A stretch of 64,000 nt of DNA from the NCBI GenBank assembly GCA_028709965.1, contig JAQUTA010000001.1, positions 2,521-66,520 of the forward strand. The letters are read 5' to 3'. The DNA comes from Lutispora sp. (GTDB lineage: Bacteria > Bacillota > Clostridia > Lutisporales > Lutisporaceae). The translations under genes and the position numbers were made by a program. The notes under the pieces were generated by a model that was not told where the DNA came from, ran no database searches, and saw nothing but the letters and a program-made list of their open reading frames with translations. Positions 38,631-47,453 of the stretch are shown here, piece by piece (the stretch's first letter is position 1; every line of letters begins with the position of its first letter).

Positions 38631-39119
38631 CTATCTATATTTCTCTAAAATTTTTGGAACATCCTTTGGCACTAATTTACCGTAGACATCATCACCTATC
38701 ATCATTACAGGAGCAAGACCGCAGCAACCTAAACATGCTACTGTCTCCAATGTAAATTTATTATCCTTTGTTGTTTCTCCAATTTCTATCTTTAATTCTT
38801 CTTTTAATGCTTCTGCTATTTTATCTGAGCCTTTTACATGACAAGCAGTTCCAAAGCATAACTTTATTAGATTTTGACCTGTAGGTAATAACCTAAATTG
38901 AGAATAAAATGTAATTACACCCATCACTTGAGTTGGGTGCATGCCTGTCCTATTGCAAAGCTCATCAAGTACATCCTGAGGCAAATATCCATAAGCTTCT
39001 TGTAAATCTTGTAATATAGGAATCAAATCTGATTCTTTTCCTTCATACATTGCCAATATTTTATCAAACTTGTCAAAATAATGGCTTCGCTCAGCACAAC
39101 AGCATTTGTTGTTATTCAT
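38631..39119 (-). CDS. NuoE/HydC-like 2Fe-2S subunit (StnA-like)
   Basis: TFYSQF, CFGTACH and CLGCC motifs. Confidence 0.93.
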   Translation of the reverse strand: MNNNKCCCAERSHYFDKFDKILAMYEGKESDLIPILQDLQEAYGYLPQDVLDELCNRTGMHPTQVMGVITFYSQFRLLPTGQNLIKLCFGTACHVKGSDKIAEALKEELKIEIGETTKDNKFTLETVACLGCCGLAPVMMIGDDVYGKLVPKDVPKILEKYR

Positions 39120-39196
39120 CAACAAATGCACCTCCTCCTTTATAATTATTAAATTACTTGCATAAAAACCAACGAGATAAATAATAAACAATTACT

Positions 39197-39225
39197 ATTA
39201 TAGATTATTGATTTATTCGTGTCAA
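39197..39225 (-). promoter_or_regulatory. Consensus SigA promoter of the stnABC-like operon
   Basis: TTGACA-17 nt-TATAAT on the minus strand. Confidence 0.85.
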
Positions 39226-39248
39226 TTCATCAGTACATGATGAATAAT

Positions 39249-39299
39249 TAAAGATCTAAGGGACTCCAAAAGCCGAATTTGGAGTCCCTTAGATCTTTA
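39249..39299. terminator. Long perfect inverted repeat (probable terminator of the lipoprotein gene)
   Basis: TAAAGATCTAAGGGACTCCAAA-AGCCGAA-TTTGGAGTCCCTTAGATCTTTA. Confidence 0.7.
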
Positions 39300-39330
39300 T
39301 ATTATAAACATTTTGATAAATATACATGTG

Positions 39331-39969
39331 CTAATCAGAGACCAATTTATAACTTTTTAAAAGAGAAGATACAGTAAATCCATCATTAGTTTTATATTCT
39401 GATTTCACCAAACCAACCTCTTTTTTATAATAGTAATTTCTGTAAGCTGTTTTGTCCTTATATATTTCCTTTACAATAATACAGTCTTCAAAAGTACCGG
39501 CAGGAACAGTCACAGAGGCATTTATATCTATAATCTCATAGGAATTTTCCTCGCTTATCCATTTATTTCCCACTTCAATAGGAAGCTTGATAATTACTGT
39601 ATCTAAATTTGCATCATTGTCCAATACATTCTTTTCATCATAAACTTCCCCTTCCATATAAGTATTCACTATACTGTCATCTTTTATCTCATATATGTTT
39701 GCAGCTCTGGTTCCTCCATTATCTATCATTACCTGATATTTATTATCTTTTGAGTAAATAACTTTTTGTGTATAAGCTGCATACTCATTCCCTTCCCCTT
39801 CGTATTCCCATTCACTACCAACCTTCAGAGGATAATATAAGCTGACATCGTCTTTTTGTGGTGGTATTTTTGCATCAGGCTCCTTGGTAGAGGGTGTGCA
39901 TGAGACAATGGTTATCGCCGCTAATATAAATATTCCTGCTAGAATTAGAAGTTTTTTTCTTTTCAACAT
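39331..39969 (-). CDS. Hypothetical lipoprotein
   Basis: Lipobox IVSC; YYPL..G..WEY and VTVPAGTF motifs. Confidence 0.8.
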   Translation of the reverse strand: MLKRKKLLILAGIFILAAITIVSCTPSTKEPDAKIPPQKDDVSLYYPLKVGSEWEYEGEGNEYAAYTQKVIYSKDNKYQVMIDNGGTRAANIYEIKDDSIVNTYMEGEVYDEKNVLDNDANLDTVIIKLPIEVGNKWISEENSYEIIDINASVTVPAGTFEDCIIVKEIYKDKTAYRNYYYKKEVGLVKSEYKTNDGFTVSSLLKSYKLVSD

Positions 39970-40156
39970 AAAATAATCACTCCAAACTTATTATTCTTAT
40001 TTCATTTCACTATATATTATTTTCATATTAGAACTATATATTTGACGATTATGATAATAATTAGTTGCAAATCTACCAAAAAGTAATATATGTAATGACT
40101 TACAATGGTTTTTTTTGATATACTATAAATAAGCACAAACAAGGAGGTATGAATAT

Positions 40157-40336
40157 ATGAGTAAGGCTATTAATAATTATGCCGTTTGGATAATAGTTCT
40201 ATTCTTGGAATGGTTCATATTGAGAATTGCAAATAGTGCTCACTTATGGTTTTTCATTGCTATCCCCATCATCGCGGCTTTCGTTTATACAGAGTATAAT
40301 AATCAGCCCAGCAAAAGCAAGAGAAACTTAAGATAA
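40157..40336 (+). CDS. 59-aa two-TM small membrane protein, absent from the ORF track
   Basis: AAGGAGG RBS; MSKAINNYAVWIIVLFLEWFILRIANSAHLWFFIAIPIIAAFVYTEYNNQPSKSKRNLR. Confidence 0.7.
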   Translation: MSKAINNYAVWIIVLFLEWFILRIANSAHLWFFIAIPIIAAFVYTEYNNQPSKSKRNLR

Positions 40337-40356
40337 AACTGACGAGGAGAGATTAA

Positions 40357-41511
40357 ATGTCATATATAGAGCTATGCGCACCCTGTGGCTTTGGCCTAGA
40401 GGCAATATTATCCAGAGAAATTAAGGACCTAGGTTTTGAAGTCAGTAAAGTAGAAGATGGCAGGGTTTATTTTCTATCTGATGAATCAGGTATAGCAAAA
40501 GCAAACCTATGGCTTCGTACTGGTGAACGTGTTCTTGTGAAAATTGGTGAATTTTATGCCACATCCTTTGAGGAACTTTTTCAACAGACGAAGGGTTTGC
40601 CTTGGCATGAATGGATACCAAAGGCAGGCTCCTTTCCTGCTGCAAAAGCAGCTTCTGTCAAATCCAAGTTATTTAGCACTTCAGATATTCAATCAATAGT
40701 GAAAAAAGCAGTAGTTGAAAGCCTGAAGATGAAATATAATGTGAATTGGTTCAGCGAGACCGGAGCTACTTATCCCATACATATATTTGTCTTTAAAGAT
40801 CAGGTCACTCTTTATCTAGATAGTACAGGAATGGCTTTGCACAAAAGAGGCTATAGAGAAATCGGCAGTGCAGCACCAATTAGAGAAACACTAGCTGCAA
40901 CTATGATATCTCTGACTCCATGGAAAGAAGGACGACTTCTTGTAGATCCATTTTGCGGCTCCGGGACTATACCTATCGAGGCGGCACTCAAAGGTTTGAA
41001 CATTGCTCCGGGATTAAAAAGAGATTTTATTGCTGAAAAGTGGTCAAGGATACCACAAAAAATTTGGGATAGAGAGCGTCAAGAAGCAGAGGATAAAATA
41101 ATAACCAGCCAGGATATCCATATTCAAGGATATGATATTGATGAAAAGGTAATAAAGGTGGCTAGAAGCAACGCAAAAAAAGCGGGCGTAGAGGAATACA
41201 TACATTTTCAGCAAAGAGATGTAAGAGATTTCTCCAGCAAGGATAAATATGGCTTTATAGTCACAAACCCTCCCTATGGAGAACGATTGGATGACATAAA
41301 AACAGTAGAAAAATTGTATGCTGACATGGGCAAGGTCTTTTCTTCTCTAGATAATTGGTCTTACTACATAATTACTGCCCATGAAGAATTTGAGAGATTC
41401 TTTGGCAAGAAAGCAGATAAAAAAAGGAAGCTTTATAACGGTATGATGAAAACTGATTTTTATCAGTATTTTGGCCCAAAGCCTCCAAAAAATGATGTCA
41501 TAAAATTATAA
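40357..41511 (+). CDS. THUMP-domain RNA methyltransferase (RlmL/YpsC-like)
   Basis: LHKRGYR, APIRET, DPFCGSGT and NPPYG motifs. Confidence 0.93.
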   Translation: MSYIELCAPCGFGLEAILSREIKDLGFEVSKVEDGRVYFLSDESGIAKANLWLRTGERVLVKIGEFYATSFEELFQQTKGLPWHEWIPKAGSFPAAKAASVKSKLFSTSDIQSIVKKAVVESLKMKYNVNWFSETGATYPIHIFVFKDQVTLYLDSTGMALHKRGYREIGSAAPIRETLAATMISLTPWKEGRLLVDPFCGSGTIPIEAALKGLNIAPGLKRDFIAEKWSRIPQKIWDRERQEAEDKIITSQDIHIQGYDIDEKVIKVARSNAKKAGVEEYIHFQQRDVRDFSSKDKYGFIVTNPPYGERLDDIKTVEKLYADMGKVFSSLDNWSYYIITAHEEFERFFGKKADKKRKLYNGMMKTDFYQYFGPKPPKNDVIKL

Positions 41512-41512
41512 G

Positions 41513-41725
41513 TTATATCCAGAGATCATCCATCAATCTCTGGATGTTTTCTTTTCTCTTATTGGTTTCATCTATATCAATATAAATTTTACCCTCATGC
41601 CTAACTATGACATCTCCTTCCTTTGCTTCAGAAGGTATCTCAGTTCTCTCAATATTAATGATTTCTTTGTTTACATCTTCACAAACAGCATAGTCTCCTT
41701 CAAATCTATCGATTATATATCTCAT
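41513..41725 (-). CDS. DUF3006 family protein
   Basis: IIDRFEGDYAVCE and KEGDVI motifs. Confidence 0.88.
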   Translation of the reverse strand: MRYIIDRFEGDYAVCEDVNKEIINIERTEIPSEAKEGDVIVRHEGKIYIDIDETNKRKENIQRLMDDLWI

Positions 41726-41726
41726 A

Positions 41727-42596
41727 TTACTTCTCCTCACCTTTACCTAGGTTAAATACTATTGATTTCGCATCAGAGATTGCAATAATAGTTCCATTCT
41801 CGTCCGTCCTATATATTATTATATCTTTTTTCTTTAATCTATCTACCACTGCCTTATCAGGATGACCATATTTATTATCGTACCCGACACTTATCACTGC
41901 ATACTTTGGATTTACTCTATCCAAGAAGTCTTGAGTAGTTGATGATTTGCTGGCATGATGGGCAACCTTCAAAACATCTGCAGACAAATCAAAGCCCTTT
42001 TCAATCATCTCTTTTTCAGAAACGCTCTCTGAATCCCCTGTAAACAGGAAAGAATTGTTTCCATGAGAAAGCTTGATAACTATAGAATGATTATTTGTTT
42101 CATCATAGTTGCTGCTATTAGGTGCAAGTATTGTACAAGTTGCATTTCCCAGCTTAATATTTGTGCCTGGAATTGGAGTATTAACCTTTAGCCCTTTATT
42201 AGATACTGCTTTTAACACGTCTTCAAATGTTTTGGTAGTGCTTATAGCTTTAGGCATGTAAACTGCACCTACATTAAAACTTTCAATAACTGCATCGAGA
42301 CCTCCAATATGATCCTCATGAGGATGAGTACCTATTGCATAATCTAGCCTCTTAATATTCTGCGACTTTATATAATCTACTACTGCTTCCGAATCCCCAT
42401 TGTTGCCTGCATCAATAAGCATGGCTTCACCATTGTTCTGAATCAAGATGCTGTCTGCCTGCCCTACATCTATGTAATGAACTTTTAGCATATCAAGTGT
42501 ACTAGGATCATTGTTTTCCATGGTACCTTCGTTCATTAAAGTAATTGCAGCATATATTATCAAAGCGATTAGAACAAACCATAATTTCTTTTTCAT
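41727..42596 (-). CDS. ComEC/Rec2-like metallo-beta-lactamase-fold hydrolase (exported)
   Basis: DVGQAD, THPHEDHIGG, FTGD, VAHH and YGHP motifs. Confidence 0.9.
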   Translation of the reverse strand: MKKKLWFVLIALIIYAAITLMNEGTMENNDPSTLDMLKVHYIDVGQADSILIQNNGEAMLIDAGNNGDSEAVVDYIKSQNIKRLDYAIGTHPHEDHIGGLDAVIESFNVGAVYMPKAISTTKTFEDVLKAVSNKGLKVNTPIPGTNIKLGNATCTILAPNSSNYDETNNHSIVIKLSHGNNSFLFTGDSESVSEKEMIEKGFDLSADVLKVAHHASKSSTTQDFLDRVNPKYAVISVGYDNKYGHPDKAVVDRLKKKDIIIYRTDENGTIIAISDAKSIVFNLGKGEEK

Positions 42597-42800
42597 AGCA
42601 AAATCCCCCCTCCGCCCAAACATTTTTATTATATCATATGCCAGTACATTGTATGAGTATTATTGCTACGCAGAAATTATTGAACGACGATTATATAAAT
42701 TTTCTGGATGAAATCCTATAACATATTGAAGAAATAATATACTAATAGAAAAAAGCGATTGAAAGAATGAACTGAAGCTGTTAAAATTAATAAGTATGAT

Positions 42801-42876
42801 GCTACTGTAGCTCAGCTGGTAGAGCAGCTGATTCGTAATCAGCAGGTCAGGGGTTCGAGTCCCCTCAGTAGCTCCA
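42801..42876 (+). tRNA. tRNA-Thr(CGT)
   Basis: Canonical 76-nt cloverleaf, anticodon loop TTCGTAA, encoded CCA. Confidence 0.97.
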
Positions 42877-42918
42877 GTTATTTCAATGCTTTGCAGGCAT
42901 TTTACTTAGTTTGCATAA

Positions 42919-42965
42919 TAATGCGCCGGTCAGTATGTATTTTAACCACCATGACCGGCGCATTA
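42919..42965. terminator. Hairpin between tRNA-Thr and the convergent degV
   Basis: TAATGCGCCGGTCA...TGACCGGCGCATTA. Confidence 0.7.
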
Positions 42966-42989
42966 ATGTTTTATTCAATTCGCTTTTTC

Positions 42990-43862
42990 CTATCGCTCTT
43001 CCCCAAGGAAGAAAATACCGATGCCTCCCGGCCCCGTGTGGGCACCGATAGCGGGACCAATGTAATTGCTTTTTACATCTATTACATAAAACTTCTGTCT
43101 AATCAAATGCTCCACATTTTTCACAGCGTCTGAACAATCAGCATGGCAAATGAAAACCATTTGCTTTTCATCACGAAGCATAGTTTTTTCCATGCTGTCC
43201 ACTAGTGCTTCTAAAGACTTTTTTCTCCCTCTGACCTTGCTCACTAACTTTAACTGTCCATCATCGTTGACATGCAATACTGGTTTTATGTTTAGAAGAG
43301 TTCCGACGGATGCTGTTGCAGCACTTATTCTACCTCCACGCTTTAAATAATTCAAATCTTCCACTGTGAACCAATGGCATAGTTTAAGCTTGTTTGCCTC
43401 CAACCAAGAGCATATCTCTTCGATAGGCTGCTGCGCTTTCTTCATTTTTACAGCGTACCAAACAAGCAAGCCTTCACCTAAGCTGGCAGAAAGTGTGTCC
43501 ACAGCATAAAGCTTACGCTCCGGATATTTTTCTGAAAGCTCGCCACATATTGTATTCACAACTCCAAATGTACTGCTCAGAGCTGAGGAAAATCCCAAGT
43601 AAAGTATGTCTTTCCCTTGCTGCAAAATTTTTTCAATTGTTTCGTAGCTGTCTCGCATATTGATTGCACTTGTAGTGCATGATTCTCCGTTTCGCATATG
43701 CTCATAGAATTTTTCAAATGGCATTTCACGACCGTCAAGGTAATTACAATATTCATTTCCTGACACACGAAAATAAGCCGGCAGCACTGTCAGCTCCATT
43801 TCTTGTGCCATACTATCGGACAAGTCGCAGAACGAGTCTGTTATAATCTCAAAGTCTTCCAT
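42990..43862 (-). CDS. DegV/FakB family protein (third copy)
   Basis: ITDSFCDL, TTSA, SSALSST, LKRGGR and HTGPG motifs; TTGACA-17-TAAAAT promoter at 43908-43936. Confidence 0.93.
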   Translation of the reverse strand: MEDFEIITDSFCDLSDSMAQEMELTVLPAYFRVSGNEYCNYLDGREMPFEKFYEHMRNGESCTTSAINMRDSYETIEKILQQGKDILYLGFSSALSSTFGVVNTICGELSEKYPERKLYAVDTLSASLGEGLLVWYAVKMKKAQQPIEEICSWLEANKLKLCHWFTVEDLNYLKRGGRISAATASVGTLLNIKPVLHVNDDGQLKLVSKVRGRKKSLEALVDSMEKTMLRDEKQMVFICHADCSDAVKNVEHLIRQKFYVIDVKSNYIGPAIGAHTGPGGIGIFFLGEER

Positions 43863-43984
43863 ACTTAACCCCCTAAAATCAGAGCTGTATTATTAAACTC
43901 TATTTTAATTTTACTATCCTATCTTCTTCGTGTCAATTAAGAGGTACGCTCGGATAATTTTACCGATTTCTCTCATAAATTGCA

Positions 43985-44032
43985 GAACCAAAGTTTTACG
44001 AACATACGTTTGCTATGTTCGTAAAACTTTGG
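43985..44032. promoter_or_regulatory. LexA/DinR-like boxes within a 19-bp inverted repeat
   Basis: GAAC-CAAA-GTTT and CGAAC-ATAC-GTTTG; IR CCAAAGTTTTACGAACATA/TATGTTCGTAAAACTTTGG. Confidence 0.7.
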
Positions 44033-44070
44033 TAAAATAATGGTATAAGTAAGCGATAGAGGTGTATAGC

Positions 44071-45381
44071 GTGAACCTTATTGAGAAAATTAAAATATTA
44101 TCGGATTCTGCTAAATATGATGTATCCTGCTCCTCCAGTGGAAGCAACAGAAAAAACAAAAAAGGCGGAATAGGAAATGCCGCACCTTCGGGTATTTGCC
44201 ACAGTTGGGCTCCAGATGGCAGATGTATTTCACTGCTAAAAATACTATTTACAAACTCCTGTATATACGACTGCAAATACTGCGTCAATCGCTCTTCTAA
44301 CGATGTGCCTAGAGCTTCCTTTACTCCTGATGAATTAGTAAATCTCACAATCAATTTCTATAGACGTAATTACATAGAAGGTCTTTTTCTAAGCTCCGCC
44401 ATATGCATAAGTCCCGACCACACCATGGAGCTACTTTTAAAATCCATTAAAAGACTTAGGGAGGAAGAGAATTTCAACGGATATATTCATGTAAAGGCTA
44501 TCCCGGGAGCAAATAAGACCCTGATAGAAGAGACAGGAAAATATGTAGACAGAATGAGTGTAAATATTGAGCTGCCATCCAGCCAAAGTCTTAAGCTTCT
44601 GGCGCCTCAAAAAACCAAAGAATCAATAATAAAGCCTATGGGTCTCATTAAATCCGGAATAATTCAAAATCAGGAAGAAAAGCATAAGTTTAAGAGCGCT
44701 CCCCAATTTGTCCCCGGGGGTCAATCTACCCAATTAATTATTGGAGCCACAAAGGACAATGATTTAAAAATTTTAAAGCTATCTGAATCACTTTATCATA
44801 GCTACAATCTCAAAAGGGTCTATTATTCTGCCTATATCCCTGTATCTAGTCACCCTAATCTTCCTACAATAAGCGGACCGCCGCTTCTGCGGGAACATCG
44901 ATTGTATCAGGCAGACTGGCTGCTCCGATTTTATGGCTTTAACTCAAGCGAGCTACTGAATGAAGAAAATCCAAACTTCGATGAATTATTAGATCCAAAG
45001 AGTGGATGGGCTATTAGAAACATTGATAAATTTCCTGTGGAAATAAATAAAGCAGATTATTTTACATTATTGAGAGTACCCGGAATTGGAGTGAAATCAG
45101 CACAGCGGATACTTCAAGCGAGGAAGGTAACTGTACTTGGCTTTGATGATCTGAAAAAGCTTGGAATAGTACTAAAGAGAGCAAAATACTTCATAACCTG
45201 CAAGGGCAAGTATTTTCCTCAAAGAAGCATTCCTACTAATCCGGCTTCAATAAAAGACAGCTTGTTGCTGGAGGATAATATAAAAGTTCGTGAAAATATG
45301 GAGCAGCTATCCTTCTTTACACTTTTCCCGGGGATTATGGCAGTCAATGAAAATATTGCAAGGATTTCAGGTGAATTATAA
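44071..45381 (+). CDS. Putative DNA modification/repair radical SAM protein (TIGR03916-like)
   Basis: AKYDVSC, GICHS, CIYDCKYC and REHRLYQADWL motifs; HhH RVPGIG. Confidence 0.92.
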   Translation: MNLIEKIKILSDSAKYDVSCSSSGSNRKNKKGGIGNAAPSGICHSWAPDGRCISLLKILFTNSCIYDCKYCVNRSSNDVPRASFTPDELVNLTINFYRRNYIEGLFLSSAICISPDHTMELLLKSIKRLREEENFNGYIHVKAIPGANKTLIEETGKYVDRMSVNIELPSSQSLKLLAPQKTKESIIKPMGLIKSGIIQNQEEKHKFKSAPQFVPGGQSTQLIIGATKDNDLKILKLSESLYHSYNLKRVYYSAYIPVSSHPNLPTISGPPLLREHRLYQADWLLRFYGFNSSELLNEENPNFDELLDPKSGWAIRNIDKFPVEINKADYFTLLRVPGIGVKSAQRILQARKVTVLGFDDLKKLGIVLKRAKYFITCKGKYFPQRSIPTNPASIKDSLLLEDNIKVRENMEQLSFFTLFPGIMAVNENIARISGEL

Positions 45382-46118
45382 TGCTGTATTATATCTATGA
45401 CGGTACCTTTGATGGGCTTTTGACAGCCATATATGATGCCTACTATGAAAAAGATTCTCCAGAGCAGATAGTCCCTCTGAATAATTTTGTAGACAACTTT
45501 TTGATAAGAAGGATTTATATCCAAGCTGATGCAGAAAAATCAAGAAAGGTTCATGATGCTATAATCAATAAAATATCAAAAGATGCAATGACCAATATTA
45601 TGTATGCTTATTTATCAGAGCATGAGAATGCCGGAATATTCATATTGGATTATTTGCGCTTTGGCTTTAAAGTTGGAAAGATTGCAGACTCTTATCTTTC
45701 TGATGACAGGGTATATAATATACGTAGATTAGTAACAAAAATAACTAGAGAAAAGCAGCTATTGGCAGGAATCATAAGGTTCAGGCTGCTTCAAAACAAC
45801 ATTTATTATGCGCCCATAGAGACTCAATATAATACTGCATGCCTTTTGGGGGATCATTTTGCGGATAGAATGGCAGATCAAGTATTTGTTATACATGATG
45901 TGAAAAGAAATTATGGAGTATTCTATGATAAGACCAAATGGTTTATGAGCGACATAGAATTAAACGCAGACGTAGTATTCCATGAGAAGGAATTATTCTA
46001 TCAGGAGCTCTGGAAACAGTATTTTGAGAGCATAACTATAAAGGACAGGATAAATCCAAAGCTCCAATCTAATTTTATGCCTAAAAAATATTGGAAGTAT
46101 CTCATTGAAATGAAATAA
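45381..46118 (+). CDS. TIGR03915-like putative DNA repair protein (DUF4130)
   Basis: YDGTFDGLLT, HFADR, IHD and MPKKYWKYL motifs; coupled to the radical SAM gene. Confidence 0.9.
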   Translation: MLYYIYDGTFDGLLTAIYDAYYEKDSPEQIVPLNNFVDNFLIRRIYIQADAEKSRKVHDAIINKISKDAMTNIMYAYLSEHENAGIFILDYLRFGFKVGKIADSYLSDDRVYNIRRLVTKITREKQLLAGIIRFRLLQNNIYYAPIETQYNTACLLGDHFADRMADQVFVIHDVKRNYGVFYDKTKWFMSDIELNADVVFHEKELFYQELWKQYFESITIKDRINPKLQSNFMPKKYWKYLIEMK

Positions 46119-46259
46119 ATCTTTCATATGATTATCGTAAATGCCAAAAGCATATATTATTATTTTTTATAGCCTATAAATAACCGTCTAAATGTCGTCT
46201 CCTGCACCTAAATATAGTATAATGAACTAACTATAGGATTACTGATTGGAGGTTTATTT

Positions 46260-46748
46260 ATGAGAATAAGGCCTATGAAAACAAGCGATATCGGTACAAT
46301 AAGAGAATTAATAGATATATGTAAGCCCTTGGACTTACATACTCCTTTTACCTATTGGATACTATCGGAGTACTTTAACAACACATGCTTGATATTGGAG
46401 GATGAGGGAGCTATAGTTGGATATACAGGGGGTCTGAAAAGCTCTTCAAAGGAAGGAGTTTTTTATTTGTGGCAGATAGGCCTTTTGCCCGACTATAGGG
46501 GCCAGGGATATTTTGGCTTGCTCCTAAACAGAGTTATTGAAGAAGCAAAAAAGACCGGTTGCCATTACTTAGAGTTTTCTGTGCTCTCTGATAATTATCA
46601 GAGTATAAATGCATTTTCTAATTATGCAAAAAAGAAAGGCTTACCCATGGAAAAAAGGGGCAGCCTGAACTTTTATGATAAGCTTGCCGATGAAGAATGT
46701 AAAGAGGATATATATCAAATATTATTACTTCCTTTATATAATGTGTAA
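46260..46748 (+). CDS. GNAT acetyltransferase, EctA-like
   Basis: PLDLHTPFTYW, YLWQIG..YRGQG and DNYQSINAF motifs. Confidence 0.75.
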   Translation: MRIRPMKTSDIGTIRELIDICKPLDLHTPFTYWILSEYFNNTCLILEDEGAIVGYTGGLKSSSKEGVFYLWQIGLLPDYRGQGYFGLLLNRVIEEAKKTGCHYLEFSVLSDNYQSINAFSNYAKKKGLPMEKRGSLNFYDKLADEECKEDIYQILLLPLYNV

Positions 46749-46755
46749 TGATGCG

Positions 46756-47352
46756 TCACTTAATCTTAAAAGACTGTATTATTCTATTATACATCAAAGG
46801 ATAATAATTTCTCCAATCCTTTTCATCAGTAAAAAAGCTGGCTCTGTATATCATTCCTTTTCCATCTTCTAAAAATGCTTCATATGCTTTATAGTACCCT
46901 TCTGTTTCCTTTGCTCTTTCATATTGTACCAAAAAACCTTTGTTTCGGTTCACCATTATTTCTTTAGAGCTATATGTTTTAAAATCTACCGGTCCAACTG
47001 CTGATTTTTTAGATTCCTCCAAAAATTTCTCTAGAGGTTTATCCATTTTCCATGCTTGAATAAAACCGTGTATCTTTTTATTGGGAGTTATAAAGTTTAA
47101 GTGATAAACTATTTCCCCTCCTACAAACTTTTGTTCCCAGGCATGCCATGATGCAGGGATCGAAAATTTGAAAGTTCCATCTAGGACATTATAACTTTTG
47201 TATCCTTGTCTTTCCATTTTTTCCAGTTCAATGTTTGCTTGAAATACTGTTACCGTATTTGATATTCTGCCATAAAAAGTCATAGTCAATATAAGTGCAA
47301 GAGCAACTGCGGCTGTATAGAAAGCATAATGTTTCTTAAAACTGATCTTCAT
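46756..47352 (-). CDS. Membrane-anchored hypothetical protein (PsbP-like fold possible)
   Basis: N-terminal TM; FSIPASW and IIQSFK motifs. Confidence 0.65.
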   Translation of the reverse strand: MKISFKKHYAFYTAAVALALILTMTFYGRISNTVTVFQANIELEKMERQGYKSYNVLDGTFKFSIPASWHAWEQKFVGGEIVYHLNFITPNKKIHGFIQAWKMDKPLEKFLEESKKSAVGPVDFKTYSSKEIMVNRNKGFLVQYERAKETEGYYKAYEAFLEDGKGMIYRASFFTDEKDWRNYYPLMYNRIIQSFKIK

Positions 47353-47453
47353 GTTTTTGCCCCCTTTTTCATATACATTCTTTATCTATAAATATGACAT
47401 ATATAAAATGATAATGTATAATATATCTATAATTTATATGGAGGTGTGTTTTT

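Noticed and set aside
41727-42596. Competence channel ComEC
   Set aside because: Only the MBL domain is present; no multi-TM competence domain
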